Below are positions 59,943 to 64,000 of a DNA stretch of 64,000 nt, in pieces (position 1 is the stretch's first letter; every line of letters starts with the position of its first letter). Source of the DNA: a virus; the IMG/VR virus record IMGVR_UViG_3300027280_000002, positions 47,330 to 111,329 of that record. One strand, 5' to 3'. The notes below the pieces were generated by a model. The model was not told where the DNA came from and ran no database searches. It worked only from the letters and a program-made list of their open reading frames with translations. The translations under genes were made by a program, and so were the position numbers.

Positions 59943-62900
59943 ATGAGTAAATTAATTTGTGTAGCGGATCCATGTCCAATCAGATTAAGTAGTGCCTGCG
60001 TATTTTACGAAGGACCTATCTTAGTTTGCGCTGGTGTCAATACAAACATGACTGTAGAGGAAGCTCTTCAGCATATAAACGATGCCTTGTGTTCAGGAGC
60101 TGGAGTAGATGGCACAAGTGGTTCTTCTGGTACTTCTGGTACTTCAGGTACAACTGGTACATCTGGAACGTCTGCTACATCTGGAACTTCAGGTACCACA
60201 GGAACTAGTGGAACATCTGGTTCAAGTGGAACATCTGCTACATCTGGTACATCTGGAACAACAGGTACAAGTGGTACAACTGGTACAAGTGGTACAACTG
60301 GTACTTCTGGTACAACTGGGACAAGTGGAACAACTGGGACAAGTGGAACCTCTGGTACCTCTGGTACCTCTGGTTCTAGTGGGTCAAGTGGAAGTAGTGG
60401 GTCTTCTGGTACAACAGGAACCAGTGGAACAACAGGTTCGTCAGGCAGTAGCGGTACAAGTGGAACAAGTGGAACCTCTGGTACCTCTGGTACTAGTGGA
60501 GATCAAGGAGATAAATATAAGACATGTATTACGGAAACATCATTTACATTAGGTAATACTGTAGATGAGTGTTTAACTGTAGATACTGGTCTTGCTTATA
60601 CTGCAGGTCAGTCTATTGTTATTGCTCATGATGTAAATAATTATCAAGAATGTGATGTTGTGTCGTATGATTCAACAACAGGAGTTTTATGTTTTACAGT
60701 ACCATTTAATGTTGTAGGTAGTGGAACATACACTACTTGGTGTTGTAATTTAGACGGTGCTACAGGTGGTGATGGATCACATGGTACAAGTGGAACTAGC
60801 GGCACAACTGGTAGTTCTGGAAGCTCAGGCACAACTGGGACTAGTGGTACAAGTGGTACAACAGGTACGAGTGGTACAACAGGTACAAGCGGTAGCTCTG
60901 GTACTAGTGGAACCTCTGGCTCAGCTGGTACGTCAGGTTCAGCTGGTACTAGTGGAACTACAGGAACATCAGGTACAACAGGGACTAGTGGAAGTTCTGG
61001 TACAACAGGAACTAGTGGAACCAGTGGTTCAGCTGGCACAAGTGGTACATCTGGAAGCAGTGGAACTACAGGAACTAGTGGTAGTGCAGGGTCGTCTGGT
61101 ACATCTGGCACATCTGGTACAAGTGGAACAACAGGAACCAGTGGAAGTACTGGTACTTCTGGAACAGCAGGAACTAGTGGTATTAATGGATCTTCTGGTG
61201 CATCAATAGCAAACTGGTATGCAATGTTTAGTGACAACACAACTCAAACCCTTGCAGCAGCAAATGTTCCAACAGCAGTTTTATTTAATACAATAGAATT
61301 ATCTAACGGTATAGCTTTAGATTTTGGTCAACAAATTAGATATCCATATGCAGGAGTATATGAAGTTGGATATTCTTTACAGTTTGAAAAAACAGCAGGA
61401 GTAGGTCATACAGAAATTGATGTGTGGTTACAGAAAAATGGTACAGACCTTGTAAGAAAAGATAGGATTCAATCCTTACATCACAATGATGCAATACATA
61501 CACCATATACACAATTTATAATAGAATTAGAAGCAGGTGACTATTTAGAAGTATATTTTGCTTCAAATAATGCTAACACTAGACTTGATGCATTTCCTAA
61601 TTCAATCACTCCTTTTCAAAAACCTGCAGCACCTTCAGCAATCTTTAATACTGTACAAGTAGGTATATCAGTAGGTATGACATCAGGCACTAGTGGTACT
61701 TCTGGTACCTCAGGGACAAGTGGTTCTTCTGGAACTAAAGGAACTTCTGGTACCTCTGGTAGCAGTGGTATAGATGGTACGTTTGGTACAAGTGGCACAA
61801 CTGGGACATCAGGTACTACTGGAACCTCTGGTACTTCAGGGACCTCTGGAACTTCTGGTAGTAGTGGTATAGATGGGACCTCTGGAACTAGTGGGTCAGC
61901 TGGTACAAGTGGTTCTTCTGCAACGTCAGGAACAAGAGGAACTAGTGGTACAAGTGGTACATCTGGAAATTCTGGTAGTTCAGGTACATCTGGATCAAGT
62001 GGTAACGCAGGTACTAGTGGTACAGCTGGAACCAGTGGGTCTAGTGGAGATGATGGAACAAGTGGTTCTAGTGGCACTGCAGGGTCTAGTGGGTCTAGTG
62101 GTGAAACAGGTAGCTCTGGAACAGCTGGTTCAAGTGGTACCAGTGGCACAACCGGTATAGACGGTACAAGTGGATCTAGTGGATCTAGTGGAGACACTGG
62201 AAGCTCAGGTACAAGTGGTACCTCAGGAAGTAGTGGATCTTCAGGAAACTCTGGTAGTTCAGGAACCAGTGGTACATCTGGCACGAGTGGATCTAGTGGT
62301 AATACTGGTTCTAGTGGAACTAGTGGTACTTCAGGAAGTTCTGGTACAGCAGGTACATCTGGAGCTGACGGTAGTTTTGGTGGTGCATGTTTCGATTATA
62401 CATTCTCAACTACTGTTCCTAATCCTGCAGCAAATCCTGGTACAGGAAAAGTTCAGTTAAATAATGCTACACAAACTTCAGCTACTAGATTATATATAAG
62501 TGAGTTTGATGATGATGGTAACAATATACAATCTTTCCTAGAAAGTATTGATGCATCTACATCTGCAATAAAAGGACACGTAAGATTAGCAGACAAAGAC
62601 GATTCACGTGACTTTATATTATTTGCAATAGATGAATTAACTGACAATGGATCTTGGTGGACATTAGTAGTAATAAATGAATCTCAAGGTGGTCTTCCTC
62701 TTACTAACTTTGAAGATATTACAGCATGTTTTGTATTAACAGGAGATAAAGGAGACCCAGGTGTGGATGGAACATCTGGATCCTCAGGGACTTCAGGTAC
62801 ATCTGGAAGTTCAGGTGATAGTGGAAGTAGTGGTACAAGTGGAACAGCTGGTACAAGTGGCACAAGTGCACAAAATGGAACATCTGGCACCTCTGGAACT

Positions 62901-64000
62901 AGTGGTAGCTCAGGAACAACTGGCACATCAGGGACTAGTGGTACAACTGGAGAGGATGGAACCTCTGGTACAAGTGGTAGCAGTGGGACATCTGGTACTA
63001 GTGGAGAAACAGGGACATCTGGTACTAGTGGAACAAGTGGGAGCTCTGGTGAAGATGGTACAAGTGGATCTTCTGGTACAGCTGGAACTAGTGGATCGAG
63101 TGGAACAACAGGTACTTCTGGAACTAGTGGTACATCTGGATCTTCAGGAGATGACGGTAGTTCAGGGACTACTGGAACTAGTGGAACTTCTGGTACATCA
63201 GGAACATCAGGAAGTTCAGGAAATAATGGAAGTAATGGAACTAGTGGTACAAGTGGGTCTTCAGGAACTAGTGGAACTTCAGGCAGCAGTGGTACAAGTG
63301 GTACCAGTGGCAGCAGTGGTACAAGTGGTACTTCTGGTACAAGTGGTACTTCAGGTTCAAGTGGTAGTTCTGGATCAACCCCTGCAGATCAAGTGTGTGG
63401 AACTGGTGTAGCCACAAGAGTTGCATGGTGGGAAAACACTACGTGCATAAGTCATGATGCAGATCTTTATTGGGACAATACTAATAAAAGATTAGGAATT
63501 GGCACTGCTGTACCAACAACTCCTTTACATATTGATATAGGCACCAACGACACAGGTATTCTAGTTGAAAGCTCAGATACATATGCACGCATACGGTTAA
63601 AAGACCAGTATGGGGAGGGTTCAATAGCTGCTTTATCTTCAAATTTATTATTTAGCACAGCCGCTAACTTTTCTGAAATGATGCGCCTTAATGATAATGG
63701 CAACCTTGGAATCGGTCAAACCGGTCCCCAAGAAAGACTCACCGTTAGCCAAGGAACAGGGAACGTTGCTATACAAATACACGCATTCAATGGTTCAGTT
63801 GGGACAGAGGCTACTTTAAAATTTAGCACCGCTGCTTCAACAGCCTCACAAGTAAAAGCGGCTATTATAGCCAGAAATACAGCAGGTAGTTTTGGAAGAA
63901 GTGACATGCACTTCGCTTTAGATTCTGCAGCAGACGGTAATAACGTCGAGCTTTCAGATACAAAAATGATCATATTAAATGGTGGCAACGTTGGTATTGG
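59943..64000 (+). CDS. Giant (Gly-Thr-Ser)n collagen-like tail fibre, 3'-truncated (>1350 aa)
   Basis: ATG 59943 (MSKLICVADPCP), frame checked open through each non-repeat domain to the window edge. Four G-X-X blocks are separated by globular domains, including a C1q/BclA-CTD-like one at ~61210-61665. Ends in GNLGIG/GNVGI fibre repeats. Absent from the track because there is no stop. Confidence 0.85.
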   Translation, partial: MSKLICVADPCPIRLSSACVFYEGPILVCAGVNTNMTVEEALQHINDALCSGAGVDGTSGSSGTSGTSGTTGTSGTSATSGTSGTTGTSGTSGSSGTSATSGTSGTTGTSGTTGTSGTTGTSGTTGTSGTTGTSGTSGTSGTSGSSGSSGSSGSSGTTGTSGTTGSSGSSGTSGTSGTSGTSGTSGDQGDKYKTCITETSFTLGNTVDECLTVDTGLAYTAGQSIVIAHDVNNYQECDVVSYDSTTGVLCFTVPFNVVGSGTYTTWCCNLDGATGGDGSHGTSGTSGTTGSSGSSGTTGTSGTSGTTGTSGTTGTSGSSGTSGTSGSAGTSGSAGTSGTTGTSGTTGTSGSSGTTGTSGTSGSAGTSGTSGSSGTTGTSGSAGSSGTSGTSGTSGTTGTSGSTGTSGTAGTSGINGSSGASIANWYAMFSDNTTQTLAAANVPTAVLFNTIELSNGIALDFGQQIRYPYAGVYEVGYSLQFEKTAGVGHTEIDVWLQKNGTDLVRKDRIQSLHHNDAIHTPYTQFIIELEAGDYLEVYFASNNANTRLDAFPNSITPFQKPAAPSAIFNTVQVGISVGMTSGTSGTSGTSGTSGSSGTKGTSGTSGSSGIDGTFGTSGTTGTSGTTGTSGTSGTSGTSGSSGIDGTSGTSGSAGTSGSSATSGTRGTSGTSGTSGNSGSSGTSGSSGNAGTSGTAGTSGSSGDDGTSGSSGTAGSSGSSGETGSSGTAGSSGTSGTTGIDGTSGSSGSSGDTGSSGTSGTSGSSGSSGNSGSSGTSGTSGTSGSSGNTGSSGTSGTSGSSGTAGTSGADGSFGGACFDYTFSTTVPNPAANPGTGKVQLNNATQTSATRLYISEFDDDGNNIQSFLESIDASTSAIKGHVRLADKDDSRDFILFAIDELTDNGSWWTLVVINESQGGLPLTNFEDITACFVLTGDKGDPGVDGTSGSSGTSGTSGSSGDSGSSGTSGTAGTSGTSAQNGTSGTSGTSGSSGTTGTSGTSGTTGEDGTSGTSGSSGTSGTSGETGTSGTSGTSGSSGEDGTSGSSGTAGTSGSSGTTGTSGTSGTSGSSGDDGSSGTTGTSGTSGTSGTSGSSGNNGSNGTSGTSGSSGTSGTSGSSGTSGTSGSSGTSGTSGTSGTSGSSGSSGSTPADQVCGTGVATRVAWWENTTCISHDADLYWDNTNKRLGIGTAVPTTPLHIDIGTNDTGILVESSDTYARIRLKDQYGEGSIAALSSNLLFSTAANFSEMMRLNDNGNLGIGQTGPQERLTVSQGTGNVAIQIHAFNGSVGTEATLKFSTAASTASQVKAAIIARNTAGSFGRSDMHFALDSAADGNNVELSDTKMIILNGGNVGI
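60108..63375 (+). repeat. Four blocks of degenerate 9-bp repeats encoding Gly-(Thr/Ser)-(Ser/Thr/Ala)
   Basis: Blocks at ~60108-60500, 60783-61199, 61680-62365 and 62766-63375. Confidence 0.9.

Noticed and set aside
60108-63375. Possible CRISPR array or non-coding satellite
   Set aside because: Repeats are degenerate at third positions and have no constant repeat with unique spacers.
60026-63988. Many ORFs in the track over the Gly-Thr-Ser region (PLVPVVP, VQVVQL types)
   Set aside because: They are off-frame or antisense reads of the repeats; the real frame starts at 59943.
1-64000. Stop-codon reassignment as in some gut crAssphages
   Set aside because: Genes are fully open in code 11, and TAG ends MCP (6165) and 15268 at sensible positions.
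1-64000. tRNA, rRNA, integrase, transposase or lysis genes
   Set aside because: None recognised; intergenic gaps are short and explained by promoters and terminators.

Overview
This AT-rich window is the virion (late) module of a crAss-like (Crassvirales-type) phage, with every credible gene on the + strand in standard code 11. The host is probably Bacteroidota, judging by TTTG-N19-21-TAnnTTTG-type promoters and A-rich leaders with no Shine-Dalgarno sequence. Gene order is: TerL 3' end, portal, acidic scaffold-like protein, major capsid protein, conserved structural genes (ring, auxiliary capsid and tail hub by synteny), a ~12 kb accessory fibre/adhesin cluster containing an intact trypsin-like protease, a metallophosphoesterase, ring/IHF-like/ring/muzzle genes, five large ejected cargo proteins including a ~4290 aa virion RNA polymerase (DFDID), and a >1350 aa (Gly-Thr-Ser)n fibre that runs off the right edge and is absent from the ORF track. 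Main observations: (1) an apparent combinatorial appendage kit, built from a ~70 aa GPF module (6 copies), a C-x-x-Y-x-G module (4 copies), poly-Thr linkers and shuffled heads, which also extends and apparently splits the muzzle gene; (2) only two Cys found in ~8,800 aa of cargo proteins, facing each other across the RNAP/next-gene junction; (3) direct-repeat-flanked in-frame cassettes in cargo genes; (4) an ART-like plus zincin polyvalent cargo protein; (5) a shared palindromic operator upstream of two promoters; (6) two unannotated microproteins. Family assignments come from motif recognition and recalled synteny, not from database searches.
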